A DNA stretch of 63,369 nt, counting the filler, from Reclinomonas americana ATCC 50394 (Eukaryota), in the NCBI GenBank assembly GCA_048213135.1. It is 14 parts of 14 records of this genome, joined end to end, with 100 filler letters (N's around TTAATTAATTAA, not from the genome) between each part and the next. Parts side by side here need not be neighbours in the genome. Positions count along the whole stretch, not along the records: positions 19,473 to 30,098 come from AFZH01019455.1; positions 30,199 to 32,809 come from AFZH01019457.1; positions 32,910 to 37,272 come from AFZH01019458.1; positions 37,373 to 39,247 come from AFZH01019459.1; positions 39,348 to 41,099 come from AFZH01019460.1; 9 more parts are not named here. One strand, written 5' to 3'. This document shows, in pieces, positions 27,877 to 40,217 of the stretch. Below the pieces are notes generated by a model that worked only from the letters and a program-made list of their open reading frames with translations, searched no databases and was not told the origin of the DNA. The position numbers were made by a program, and so were the translations under genes. How positions within the stretch are numbered: position 1 is the stretch's first letter; every line of letters begins with the position of its first letter.

Positions 27877-30062
27877 AAAAGAACACTCCATTCACCAGAT
27901 TGCAACATTGCGACAAATGTCCACGAATCCCTTGCCGACAATGACCTTGGCACACCAACAATATATAGACACGTAATTACTCTTCTCCAACAGTCATCTT
28001 CCGCTTCAGGAGGCACTCTCTCTCTCTTCCTTTCTTTTTCTCTCTCCCTGTCACCTTCTCGCACACTCATTCCCTCTGTCTTGCTTTCTTTCTGTCACTT
28101 CCTCTCTCTCTGTATTCCTGTCACCTCTCTCACACTCATTCTCTCTGTGTCGCTTCCCCTCTCTCACTTCCTCTCTCTCTCTCTGTCTCCCTCCCTTTCT
28201 CTCTCATCTCTCATCTCGTCTCCCTTTCTCTCTCTGCTCACATCTCCTCCCTCTCTCGCCCTTCACTCACCCTCTCGCCAGTTCATTGCACGCGGTTGGC
28301 CATGCACTTTGAGCTGCGTCCACAGCATCTTATTCTCCAACGATCGCTGCGTCATGCTCTGCAACGCGACAAGTCAGCCACCCAGCTCCAGCATGACCAA
28401 CCGCCCACCACCACACAACAAAGTACCTTGGCATCGTAGACGCTCTGGTCGAGAATGATGTTGAGCACCAGGCCGCCGGACAACAGGCGATTCATACCAG
28501 TGAGCACTCTCTTCTCGTCACCTCCCGCATCGATTCGAGCCTGTATACACGCGATTCAGTCATGCATTCACGATTGTACTGCTCTTCAAGAAACGCACCA
28601 AAACCACCGGCTCCAAGAACTTGTCGTCCAGAGCCACCGTCACTGCCTCACCATTGTCGGTAATGTCGAATGTCTTGCCGACGTACGACGAGAACGTGTC
28701 CTACATCGCACGTGTGTGAGCATGCTCCCATCTCCTGGCGAACACTCACTCACTGAAAAGTTCCCACAACGCAACAACACCAATCAGCTGAGCACCGAGG
28801 CCACTGCGATCCCACGCTGCCGCCTCCAGCACCGTCACCCGATCGTTGAAACCGTTGAGCAGCACATTCAGACGCGCCAGCGACGCCATCAGCGGGTGCG
28901 GCTCGACCAGCACAGCGCGACACCCGTGGGCAGCCGCCAGCAGACCAAAGTACCCGACACCGGCCTGCGTTGCGTCACACAGTTTGAGTCGGGAGCATGA
29001 AGGAGATGGAGAGGGAGTCGCACACAACTCCCACATCCAGCACCAACGGCGCTTTCTTGCCCGGCAGACGCGGTGCCTTGCAGTGCTTCCTGAACAAGCG
29101 CAGACCAATGGCAGTGGCCGTCTGCTGGTACAATCCACTACGCAAGAGCACCTGTGGTGGGAGCTGTCAGCGTGCGTCTTTTTTTCGTGCCACAGCGCAT
29201 GGCGTCAAACCTCGCTGGCCGGCTCTTCGGGCACGGCGAGGAGAATGGGTGGTGAGGTGGAGGTCACGGTGATGCGCAAGTTCGGTCGCTGCGTGGTAGT
29301 TGGTGAGCGTCATGTGAGGTGAAGGAGAGGTTCTTTCACACATTTATATACACACATACACACGCACACATCACTTCCTTCCTCGCCTGTCTCTTTCTCT
29401 CTCTCTCCCTCTCTCCCTCTCTCTTCCTATCCGTTTGCTTCCTCTCCCCTTTCCCTCCCTTCTCACTCTCGCGCTCATTCACTCGCGCTTACTTCCTTTT
29501 TCGCCTATCTCTCTCTCTCTCTCTCCACACACACATTCACAAACACATGTACACACGAACACATGCGCACACACACATATCGGTACTTATGCAAACGGAC
29601 GCACACACATGCACATACACACACACACTCTCTCTCACCAGTGCCTTGCCGTAATCCATTGCAAATTGCATGACACCCTCTGCAACACGCGTGTGGTGAG
29701 TGCCGATGAAGAAGTGGGCAACGATCGAGGGAAAGTCACGCAACCAGGGTGGAGGGGCACAGTGGTAGAGTCCAGAACGTTGGAGGCGGCCTGCGGAGAT
29801 GGTGAGAATCGAATCCTCGGTAGAGGGTGCAACGAAGATGATGAGAGAGATAGAGAAGGGCGCAGTCAAAGAGACTGGCACTTCGATGAGGCCGAAGTTG
29901 GAGCACAAAATCTGCAGTGCCTTCTTGAGTGGAATGTCTTCTCCTCTCTCTCTCTCTCTGTGCAAACAGGGATCAAGAAACTATTTCTCGCGCTCAGGAT
30001 TGATGCTGCCAACCATCATCCGAGCACAAGCAAACAGTCATCGTACGAACTGAGAATGCCTG

Positions 30063-30098
<36 letters not shown>

Positions 30099-30198
30099 NN
30101 NNNNNNNNNNNNNNNNNNNNNNNNNNNNNNNNNNNNNNNNNNTTAATTAATTAANNNNNNNNNNNNNNNNNNNNNNNNNNNNNNNNNNNNNNNNNNNN

Positions 30199-30248
<50 letters not shown>

Positions 30249-30674
30249 TGACAGTGAGAGGAGATAGAGAGAGAGACCGACAGTGAAAGAAGGCGCCCGC
30301 GACAGAGAGAGAGAGAGAGAGAGCGCGCATAACAGAGAGAGAGAGAGAGCGACAAAGAGATAGAGAGAGAGCGACAGAGAGAGCGCGCGCGCGACAAAGA
30401 GATACAGAGGCACAAAGACACACACTCTCTCTTCTCCCTCATCTCCCTTCTCCCTCTTCTCCCTCCTCTCTCTTCTCCCTCTTCTCCCTCTTCTCCCTCT
30501 TCTCCCTCTCTCTTTGCGAGTCTCACTCACATGTGGTGGTCGGAAGAGCGCCTGTTTCGGCGAGCACAGTCGACATTGCGCTGTCTGTGGTTCGCATACT
30601 GCGACGAGTGGAAGAGCGAGCAGGAGTAGGAGCACAGCGGTGCTCGGGAGGAGCGCCGTTTGCCTTGCGCGCAT
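26219..30674 (-). CDS. FkbM-family SAM-dependent methyltransferase with an N-terminal signal peptide (exons below ~28270 tentative)
   Basis: MRARQTALLPSTAVLLLLLALPLVAV; LVLDVG-AGVGYFGLLAAAHGCRAVLVEP; VTVALDD; RIDAGGDEKRVLTG. Exons VPVESAADVYI and LVEMTED...NPW (26219-26521) join in phase 0. Confidence 0.72.
26765..27445. repeat. Degenerate intronic minisatellite
   Basis: GTGAATCAACA...ATG(T/A/G)CCTCTCGACCTCC recurs about 6-7 times, interleaved with CT/CA microsatellites. Confidence 0.8.
27874..28016. repeat. Dispersed ~140-nt repeat, copy 1
   Basis: Shares AATCCCTTGCCGACAATGACCTTGG(C/T)ACACCAACAATATA...CTTCTCCAACAGTCA...CAGGAGGCA with 30955-31098. Confidence 0.85.
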
Positions 30675-30954
30675 TGTGAATGAACGAAGTTGCGATTCTT
30701 GTCCTGTGTGGCAAACTCTTTGCGGAAAAACATTGGTGAGCAACGCGCCCCGAAAGCATCGTGCTGTGGCGAACGCACGATGCTCTCTGACTCCGTGGGA
30801 GGAGAGAGAGGCGATGATGGTGAGAGCAGCGACGTCGACGTCGAAGTTGCACTTGGATCTGATTGCAGCTGACCTCCACTGCGCAATGCGGGCTGTCGAT
30901 GACGTTTGGCACGTACCTTAAGCTGCATGCGCTGAGCAAGCGGCGCGGGCACTA

Positions 30955-31098
30955 CAAGAAAAGAAAACACTTCGTTCACCACATTCCGGATCCGGATTCA
31001 ATAATGCGATAACGCCCACAAATCCCTTGCCGACAATGACCTTGGTACACCAACAATATACAAACACATCATTACTTCTCCAACAGTCACAGGAGGCA
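30955..31098. repeat. Dispersed ~140-nt repeat, copy 2
   Basis: Direct-orientation homolog of 27874-28016 with small indels. Confidence 0.85.
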
Positions 31099-31342
31099 AA
31101 GCCAATCAAACGCGTGTTGGCCTTGAGAGGATTCGATATCTCCGCTATGACCGCCTCAAGGAGCAACTGAGTGTGCTTCTCGCGGCCCTTAAGTCGCGCA
31201 AAGAAGCGACAGACTCCTAGGCCTCTGCAGGCAGGTGCTTCCGTCTCTCTCGCTGCTAGACCGCGAATCGCCAGACGTCGCAGCGACCGATTCCGCGATC
31301 GCGATCAGTCACAACAGCTGCTTACTGATCCAAACGGAAACA

Positions 31343-31416
31343 CAGCTGCATGATGATCACCATCTTGAGCGAGCATCAGAACTGTGGCATCACGGAAACA
31401 GTGAGAAAAGTCGAGA
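31343..31416. repeat. Diverged solo homolog of the 16776-17475 array unit
   Basis: CAGCTGCATGATGATCACCATCTTGAGCGAGCATCAGAACTGTGGCATCACGGAAACAGTGAGA aligns with TAGCTGTATGTAGATCACCCTGTTGAGTGGGCACCGGAAACTGAGACGTCACGAAAACAGTGAGA (17390-17454). Confidence 0.75.
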
Positions 31417-31579
31417 TGTCCACTGCTGCAAGAGAAACCACGATCGGAAGAATCCAAGGTGCCGAGCTTGAAGCCAACAAGACGCTCTGTTACGAAGTAT
31501 TGCCCACCACGCATGCGAACATTGATTACGTAGACACACCCAGGTACGCCCGCGTCTGGGACGGTCTGCGCAGGCTCGT

Positions 31580-32655
31580 TCACTGGTTAAGGTCTGACCA
31601 GACAAGTGTCTGTCTCCGCCTGCGACACAGCTCTGCGCAGGCCTCGCAACGACTTTCGTTGCGATTGGATCCAGTGAGGTCCACTCTCCGCAGACCTGCA
31701 GCTCTCTCACACAGACCTGAGTCCACCGCAATTCGTCCAAGCAATCTCTGTACAGCACCTTCATTTGCTGGCCGCCGAGTGAACCCTACAAGCATCAAGT
31801 ACTCACTCTGCCTCGTCCAAGTCACTCATCTGCACTGGTCGACGTCGATGCTTTCGTGACCGGTGTACGCCAGCGGCCGCAGTCGCCGGGGTTTCGGAGG
31901 CGGCACGTGGCAGTCGTCCATTGTGGTTGCCGTGGTAGTGATCCATCGGCGCCTGAATGTTGTCAGGTGACGCCGGTTGCACATGCACGTCATCGTCGTC
32001 GTCGTCCTCATCAACGACCAGCAGACTATCGCCCAGACTGACGGCTTCGTGAGTTCACATCCTGAAACATTGACAAACGTGCACCACCAACCTGCGCTTG
32101 AAAACAGTGCTCGGGGCGCCCATCGCAGCTGCGCCGACTTGGAGCACTTCGGCATCTCGGCCAACGTCATCAGCGCCTGAGAGATGAGACAGAAGGCAGT
32201 TAATACACCGCCGGCAGGTGGACAAGCATACAATGCGCTCAGCGCACCATCTGCGGCATCCTCCACAGGTGGAGGAGGATCTGCAGCTGGTGACTCATCG
32301 TGATCCACCAGCGCGCGGCGTGACACTACGAGGCGGCGTGCCACTACGAAGCGGCCTTCGCGCTTGAGGTCACTACCGAGTAGGTACTTGGCCAGACGCA
32401 CTTCCGTTTGGTGCCTCTGCAGTCGAGGGAAGCACCAGATGAGCACACCACATGGCACAGCGAGTGTGAGAGCACCCACACACACTCACAGGTCCATCGA
32501 TGTGAGCCTTCAGCTTGGAGAGCTTGGTGAACAGATGCCAGTGTTGGCCGCAGATGCATGTGTACTCAGTTCTGCGCGATGGTGCCGGAAGTTTTCGAGC
32601 AGAGAGAAAAGGGATCGACGGATCACCGTCCTTCAGCCGGAGTGATATGAGCTGG
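31580..32655 (-). CDS. Hypothetical protein, 3' exons
   Basis: Successive open exons with GT-AG boundaries (YTCICGQHWHLFTKLSKLKAH; EVRLAKYLLGSDL; VQRLLGRIAVDSGLC). No confident domain. Confidence 0.45.
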
Positions 32656-33017
32656 GACTCTGTCAACGTTTGCATCGGCGCTGCACACACACACACGTAC
32701 TCTCTCTCTCTCTCTCTCCTCTCCTCTCTCTCTCTCTCTCTCTCTCTCGTCGTCTCTCTCGTACGTACGTCGTACGTCGTACGTACGTACGTACGTACGT
32801 ACGTACGTANNNNNNNNNNNNNNNNNNNNNNNNNNNNNNNNNNNNNNNNNNNNTTAATTAATTAANNNNNNNNNNNNNNNNNNNNNNNNNNNNNNNNNNN
32901 NNNNNNNNNAAGGAAAGTACGACGGACGTCACCGTCCTTCCTACGCCGGACGGTGGAGTATAGTGACGTGGACGTCTCGTCTAACGTTACGTCATCGGCG
33001 CGTCGCACACACACACA

Positions 33018-33062
<45 letters not shown>

Positions 33063-33275
33063 GCGAGAACGTGAAAGGCTGGAAGGAATCTGTCGCGCAA
33101 CACCCAACAACACAGGTGCTGATGAAGTCCATGACGCTTTTCGCAGCAGTAACTCATGATCGTGTGGAGCACTCACTGCGACGAGAGACTCCGTCGTGCG
33201 TCTGTTGCGGGTGCTGGTGGAGAGATGTTTGGAACAGTTGCTTTGATTGTGCTTGTGAGGTGACTGAGGGTCCGC

Positions 33276-33732
33276 GTGCGCCCACGCAGTCGCTATCGTG
33301 CATTTGCAGTTGCCTTGATTACGTGCTTTGCGGTTGTGCGCACCAAGATGCTTGATCAGCGCTTGCCTCATGTGCTCATCGAGTCATCGGACCAACGCCT
33401 TATCATCAGATCCAGAACAGCGCATGCGCAGTCCGTCCACGGCCTTGAGAGTGACAACGACGACGACGACGACAAGCCAAACGATGATAATGGCGAGCCC
33501 AAGAAGGCGGTGACAGCTGCTGCGGCACCGCTTGCAACCAAGCACTTGCGTAAGCACGGCCGGCTTTGACTGCTCCAGGCAGGATCCCGCCAGCAGCTGG
33601 TGCGCAAGCCACCGTCAGCAACTTCCTCTTTGCTGCCGATATTACCGTGCACGTGGAGATTTTCTCGGGGACGGACAGCAATTGCAAGCTCCCAGACTCC
33701 CAGTTGATTGTATCGACATTCTTGCCCCCTGA
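33276..33732 (+). CDS. Possible small secreted/hypothetical protein
   Basis: Hydrophobic N-terminus (AFAVALITCFAVV), acidic stretch and a Cys-containing last exon. The model is uncertain. Confidence 0.3.
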
Positions 33733-33910
33733 TTGCCGACCCGTCCGTCGCGCGCCGGCTTCTCCATCCACGCCGAATCGACCGAATGCACTGGTGTCAG
33801 AGACGAAACGCACCACGTGTTGCAGCGAGTTGCCGGATTTCTCCCCATACCCGACAGCGTCCCGTCAACCATCGCGGTGCAATTCACAATCGTGTATTTT
33901 TTCTGCATTC

Positions 33911-34679
33911 ATGGCGAGCGAAGTGCAAGCATTCTCACTGACGCTGACGGCTCTGCTCTTTGGCGTGCCCATCGCCGTCTTCCTCTTTGGCAAGATCTTT
34001 GGCCGATGCTTCGCCAACGACATGCGTTCCACCGTGGCCATGGTCGTGCTGATCATCGGCGTGGCTCTGACAGTAGGCACCAAGTGTTGCGTGAGGACGA
34101 TCGATCTCACTCTGCGCACATAGACTCTTACTCTCCTCACCACAGTTCTCATCGCCCACCTGAGCTCGAGCACCAAGGCACAAATTCCGAGTTGCGTTAA
34201 CTCGATGACTGCTGCGGGAAGAGAGGGAAGCAGTGCACTGACGCACGTATGTGCACCACAGATACCGTGCAGATGATTGAGGCAGTGGTTCCTCCTCAAG
34301 TGCAAAGCGTGTTTATCGAGCTTCCGTCCGTGGCGACGTTCGTTTTCGTCGGCATCATCGCCACCATTGTCATTATGCTTTGGCTCGGTTACGTCTCGCA
34401 CCACCTTGCTCCATGTTCCAGTTGTGGCACTCACCGCGACAGCCGATAGGTATCCTGAGTGCGCGCACGGAACCCCGACAGATCGCGAGTGGACAGCTGC
34501 AGGCGCAGTTCAACAGCCTCGCACACGAGGTGCGCGGCGTGCAGGATCGTGTCGCGGCCGGCGAAAGTACCGTGAGCACGCTGCGCCGCGACTTTGAGTC
34601 GTGGTGCCGCATGCAAGTGGCCGTCATGCATCCGCAGCCTGCCGCGGCGGCACAACCACCGATGCAGGCCCATATGTAG
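33911..34679 (+). CDS. Small membrane protein (about 3 TM segments + coiled coil)
   Basis: Hydrophobic segments LTALLFGVPIAVFLFG, VAMVVLIIGVALT and FVFVGIIATIVIMLWLG; heptad-like LQAQFNSLAHEVRGVQDRV; TAG stop. Confidence 0.55.
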
Positions 34680-34745
34680 TAGACACACGAGCATTAAACA
34701 AGGTGCTGTCTTTTCATCGACCCTCACACACATACAGTGCGCGCG

Positions 34746-37670
34746 CTACGTTGACGATGGCGGCACCAACTCCACGGCCACTGTTGGCGGCGACAGAATC
34801 GTCAGCTCGAAGCGCGCCTCGTGACCCGCCCGCAGCGTCACCGGCACCAGCACCTTCTCTCTGCCGGTGACCGTGCAGAAGAGGTCCACTGCGTGCAGAA
34901 CAGAGAGGAGTCAGACGAAAGAGAAGTGGGGAGAGAATGAGGTCTCGTACAAGTATCTCAAGCACAAACAGTTTTAGATGCAGAAGGAAAGCACACGAGA
35001 CTTATTGACGATCACTGGCACATGCACATGGATCAGCGAAGTTTCTATTACGCTGAACATCAAGTGCACTGCTGTTCTTCCCCGTGGCAGTGTCGTGAGG
35101 TGCACTTGATCTCAACAAAGCAGTGCATACCGTGACACATGCAAGTAATCTCACTCCACAACACCAATAGAACTGTATCATGTCTGCAACCACCTCACCA
35201 CTCTGCACAACAATTATCCTCAGCTGTTACAATCAGCGGTGAAATACGTCAACGAAGCAGTGTCACACACGCAAGCGCTCAGTGCTCATAACAATTGGTT
35301 GCAATCATTAGATACACGCCACTATGCAAACACCTCACGATCTATCACAGGAACAAACGAGACTTGCCTTGGAGACTGTGCAACAATTCAAATACACCTC
35401 TCCCTGCAGCACACATTCTGCAAGAGCCTACAACCACACACCATCTCTGATCCACTCGCATTCATCGGTGAAACTGTTGTGCAACACAATCTCGCTGCAT
35501 AGCAACTGCGATCACAAGAGCGCACATCCCGCGAGAGTCTGGAGCCACACTCTATCTCAGCGCAAACACCTCACGATCTATCGCAATCATCACAGCAACG
35601 TGACGACATTTTCCACACAACATGAACAACGATAACCCACAATCGGCGACCACTGCCGAAAACAATCTGCACAACACCTCAAGATCTACCAGTCACAAGA
35701 GCACACAGCGTGCGCGACGAGGCTGCAACAACAGACCACTCACGATCACTCACAATCATCGGGAAGCTTGTCATGATACAAATACGCAATCTCAGAGCAC
35801 AGAACCTCACGCTATGTTGACTGGATGATGCTTGTCCACACTGATGCGAATCTCTCACTCACTCACAGACAGCGCTTTCTCCCATCTGAGAATTGTAGTA
35901 CACCTCGGCCTTCAAACAAAAAGCAAATATCTCAGCACTTCTCTGCTGCACTTATCTCTCTCATAGCAAACAACTAATTTTCTTCTGCATCGTCCACTAA
36001 AAACAGAAACATCTCACTCATAGAAAACAACCAATTTTCTTCTGCATCGTCCACTCAAAACAGAGACAATGTCACGCACTCCCCCTCCCTCTCCACTCCC
36101 TCTCCTTTCCTTCCTTCTTCCTCTCCCCGCTCACCATTATCCCTGTAAAAATCCTCCACATCCTCCGGATACAGCAGACAATCAAACGCATCTGGGTCCC
36201 ACGACGGTGGCGCACCTGCTCTCATCGTCAGCCGCCCCAATCTCAACATCCCTCCTCCTTCTCTCCTCCAATCTCACCTGCTTCCACATCAAACAGATAG
36301 AAGGAAACCAACAACGACGAAGACCCAGCCGCCGCCGCTGCTGCTCCCTCCACCACCTCCCCCGCCACCCCTTCCACCTTCTCTCCAGCACCATCCACTG
36401 GCAGCGTGCGCAACCGAATACGCAGCGGAATCGACTCGGGCAACTCTCCCTCCCCTCGCGTCACGAAACGAAAGCGGAAGGCGGGATTCCGCTGCCACAT
36501 TGTTGTCTCTCCAGATGCCTCCGCGTCGGCCAGATGCGAGCCACCAGCACTCTCGCCACGCCACTCGCCCTGCAATCGCCACCACCACCGTCAGCACGCA
36601 GAATCGCTTGTGCTCTTCTCTCTCTCTCTCTCTCTCACACACACACGCATTAATCTTTTCTCATGAACTTGCTTTCTCTGCATCCTTCTCTACTCTCTCG
36701 TTCCCACGCACACAAACTCTCCATTCTCTCTCCCATCATTCTCGTCTCTCTCCCCTCACCTATCTCTCTCCCTCTCTCACATGCACCCTCCCTTTCTTTC
36801 TCTGCACCATTCTCTGCTGTCTCTCTTTTTTTGTTATCCCACACACTCAATTTTCTTGCTCTCTACATCCTTCTCTGCTCTCTCTCTCTCTCTCTCACGC
36901 ATACATTCTCTCTAATCCCTCTCAGTCTCCCATTACTCTCGTCTCTCTCTCTCTCCCTCATCCATGTCTCTCTTTCGCTCACACAACCTCTCTATCTCTG
37001 TGTCACTTACTCTCTGTGCGTTCTTCTTTGCTGCCTCTCATCCCAGACACCTCTCTCACTAGAACATCTCTTGCTCTCATTGCATCCTTCTCCGCTACTC
37101 CTCTCTCTCATCCCTTTCTCTCTCAGCCTCCCTTTCACCTGCTCCCCTCTCTCCCTCTGTCTCACGCAACCTCTATCTCTCTGCATCCGTCTCCGCGTCC
37201 TTGTCTACTGTCTCTCATTCTCGTTGTCAAACACACACACCATGCTGTCATTCTGTCTCTCTCTCTCTCTCTNNNNNNNNNNNNNNNNNNNNNNNNNNNN
37301 NNNNNNNNNNNNNNNNTTAATTAATTAANNNNNNNNNNNNNNNNNNNNNNNNNNNNNNNNNNNNNNNNNNNNCCTCATCTCTCTTCCCCTTATCTAACTT
37401 CACTCCCTTTCTTCCTCATCTGTCTCCTTCTTACACAACCATCTCCCTCCCTTCCTCCCCCTCACCTCTCTCTTTCTCAGGTTCCCACTGCATCATTCTC
37501 TGCTGTCTGTCATTCTCTCCCTCTCTCCCTTCCCTCTCATTTTGTCTCTCCCCTCCTCTCTCTTCACTCCCTTTCTTCCTCAATCTTTCTCCTTCTCTAC
37601 ACAACCATCTCCCTCCCTTCCTCCCCCTCACCTCTCTCTTTCTCAGGATCTCTCTGCATCTCTGCTGTCT

Positions 37671-37715
<45 letters not shown>

Positions 37716-38444
37716 TCCCTCCCCTCCTCTCTCTTCCCCTTATCTCTCTTCACTCCCTTTTCTTCCTCTATCTGTCTCCTTCTTACACAACCATCTCCCT
37801 TCCTCCTCCCCTCTCTCTTTCTCAAGTTCTCTCTGCATCATTCTCTGCTGTCTGTCATTCTCTCCCTCTCTCCCTTCCCTCTCTTTCTATCTTCCTCCTT
37901 CGCTACACAACCATCTCCCTCCCTTCCCCTTATCCCCCTTCCCCTTCTCCTCCCTTTCCCCTTCTCCTCCCTTCCCCTTAACTTCCCCTCTCTCACACCT
38001 GCACATGCGCCGCCACATCCATCTCCACCGCCGACGCCTCATCCTCCGCATACGGACGATCCTCCTCATCCCACTCCTCCTCCGAGTCACGGAAAAAGTC
38101 CTCGGCCTCCCCTGCAAGCGGATGATGTGAATGTGCACATGGCCGAAAACAGCACCCACGCGACAAAACAAACAAGCACCCGCCAGGCGATGTGCGATTA
38201 TATGATCACTCTCTCCCACTCTCCCACACACCCACCCGCTCACTCCCCCACTCGTGACTGTGTGAGCATTGCCTGATCTCACGCAACTGTCCAGCGGTAA
38301 CCGCGCAGAGACCTCCTCATGCAGCTCCGCGAGCACACGCAGTGCCTCGGGGTGCATGCCGGCCAGGATGCGTTGTGCCTCGTCGTCGCCCTCGTCGCCC
38401 ATTGATCTTGATGATTCAGGTGAATCGGCGGCGCGATCTGTCAT
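34746..38444 (-). CDS. Protein with a calpain domain III (C2-like) and no visible protease core
   Basis: HVQ|GEWRGESAGGS...WQRNPAFRF...VSFYLF, and a last exon KVLVPVTLRAGHEARFELTILS. These match the GxW..AGG / NPQF / VPxTF..G.E..F.L.V.S pattern. Confidence 0.65.
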
Positions 38445-39116
38445 TGCCAATTCACCGAATACCTGAGGTGAGTGACGTGAGCGGAAACCGCCTCCCTCTC
38501 CATGGCGCTCCCTCTCTCCCCTTTCCTCTCCTTTCCATGTCACTTCCTGAATAGACAGACTACAGTGAGCTCCTGTCAGTGTGAGAGTGTGAGAGGGTGT
38601 GTCTTATTCTCTTGGTGTTTTGAGTGAATCTCTCAACACCGACTCCTTTTGTCGGCGTGTTTGTGTTTCGCGTCACCCACTCTTGTGAGACTCGTCTCGT
38701 GTTGTGCCCGCGTGTGTACGCGTGTGCGTGCGTGTGTGTCTTGCCATGATGGTCATGCACATTGACACCACACACTCGCTCCCCACCCACTCTCCCTCGT
38801 CCACTTCCGAGCCCTCTATCTCCACCTTTGATCACCGCCATTCCCACTATCCTGACTGGGAAACGAACTCGACGAAACTTTCTTTGTTGCTGTGGTCGCT
38901 CGGCATGTCTGCTCGTGTTGTGCATGTCACTTCTTGTGCGCCGCTCGCTCCCCGCCACAAGCGTCGACTCCCGCCTGTGCGCCTCTTCGCCCTTTCTTCC
39001 CTTTCTCGCCTTTTGCCTCCTTCCCCCTCTCCTCCTCCCTTTTCCTTTCGTGCTGTTTCTCGTCATGTCGCTCTTTTCCTTACCCTCGTCGCTCCCCTCG
39101 CTCTCTCTCAGGAAGG

Positions 39117-39173
39117 ATGCGCGCGAAGTGGGCGAAGAAGCGTATGCGACGACTGAAGCGCAAGCGCCGCAAG
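39117..39173 (+). CDS. RPL41: Ribosomal protein eL41 (exon; last residues after an intron lost in the gap)
   Basis: MRAKWAKKRMRRLKRKRRK followed by a GTCAG donor. Confidence 0.92.
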
Positions 39174-39358
39174 GTCAGTTCCTCCCCTTTGCCCTGCCCT
39201 CCTCCTCTTCTCCCTCCCCCGACTCACCACTCCTTTCCCTGATTACANNNNNNNNNNNNNNNNNNNNNNNNNNNNNNNNNNNNNNNNNNNNTTAATTAAT
39301 TAANNNNNNNNNNNNNNNNNNNNNNNNNNNNNNNNNNNNNNNNNNNNTCGTGTCTATT

Positions 39359-40166
39359 TTATCGTTTTGAGGAGGAAGGAGGGTTGGCTTTTGCCCGCTT
39401 GCGTGGTGGTGGCTTGGTGGAGTCGGCCGTGTTGCTCTTGGTGGCCTTCATGGCCCGCTTGCCACGCAAACCAAAGTACTCTTGCATCCTGTGGGCGAGG
39501 CGCGATCAACACAACAAACACAGAAGAAGACTCCACAAAGCACAGACCGCTTGGCCTCGCGCTCCGTCAGCGTCTCGCCATCCTTTTCGTTGTCCGCCTC
39601 CTCGGCCGCACGCTTGGCACCCAGAATCTCCCGTGTCGCTCGCTGCGTCCACCCAACCACACCTCAGCCCCGCACTGCCACGCACAAAAGAAGGAATGCA
39701 CACGCAACATCAATCTTGGGATTAAAGTCGCCAAAGGATCGCCGCCCGGTGAACACCACGCCACCGGCCTCGGCCGACGCCACACCACGCTCGTCAAGTG
39801 TCGCACTGTGCAGGCGGTGAACACACCAAGACGACGAGAGAGAGTGAGAGGGAACATGCATTCGCACCTCGCACCAAGTGTTCCCGACGCCACCCACTGC
39901 AGCAGCCACAAGCACATGAGAGGACGAGAGAGACACGAGTGCGCTCCTGTGCAACACACCTGCGAGGCCATCTCACGCTGCCGATCCTCCTCTGCCAGCT
40001 GCGCGCGCTTGTCGGACTCCGCCTTTTTCTGCATAAACTGCACTCGTCGCACGAACAAGTCAGCGGACGCGCGCGCACACATAAACACACTCTTCCCAAC
40101 ACACACCTTCAGGCCGAGCACGACACTGCTCAAGCCCTTCTTATCCTCGCCACCGCTCGTCGCCAT
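39359..40166 (-). CDS. MPHOSPH6: M-phase phosphoprotein 6 (nuclear exosome cofactor MPP6)
   Basis: KKGLSSVVLGLK|FMQK and GRRSFGDFNPKID match the two MPP6 signature motifs. Confidence 0.8.
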
Positions 40167-40217
40167 CTTAACAATCCGAACAACACCCCAATCGATCGAC
40201 GCTCGCTCTCTCTCGAC

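Noticed and set aside
36500..37990. Long Leu/Ser/Pro- or Arg/Glu-rich ORFs in the ORF track (here and in many similar regions)
   Set aside because: They are translations of CT/GA microsatellite introns that lack stop codons by composition.
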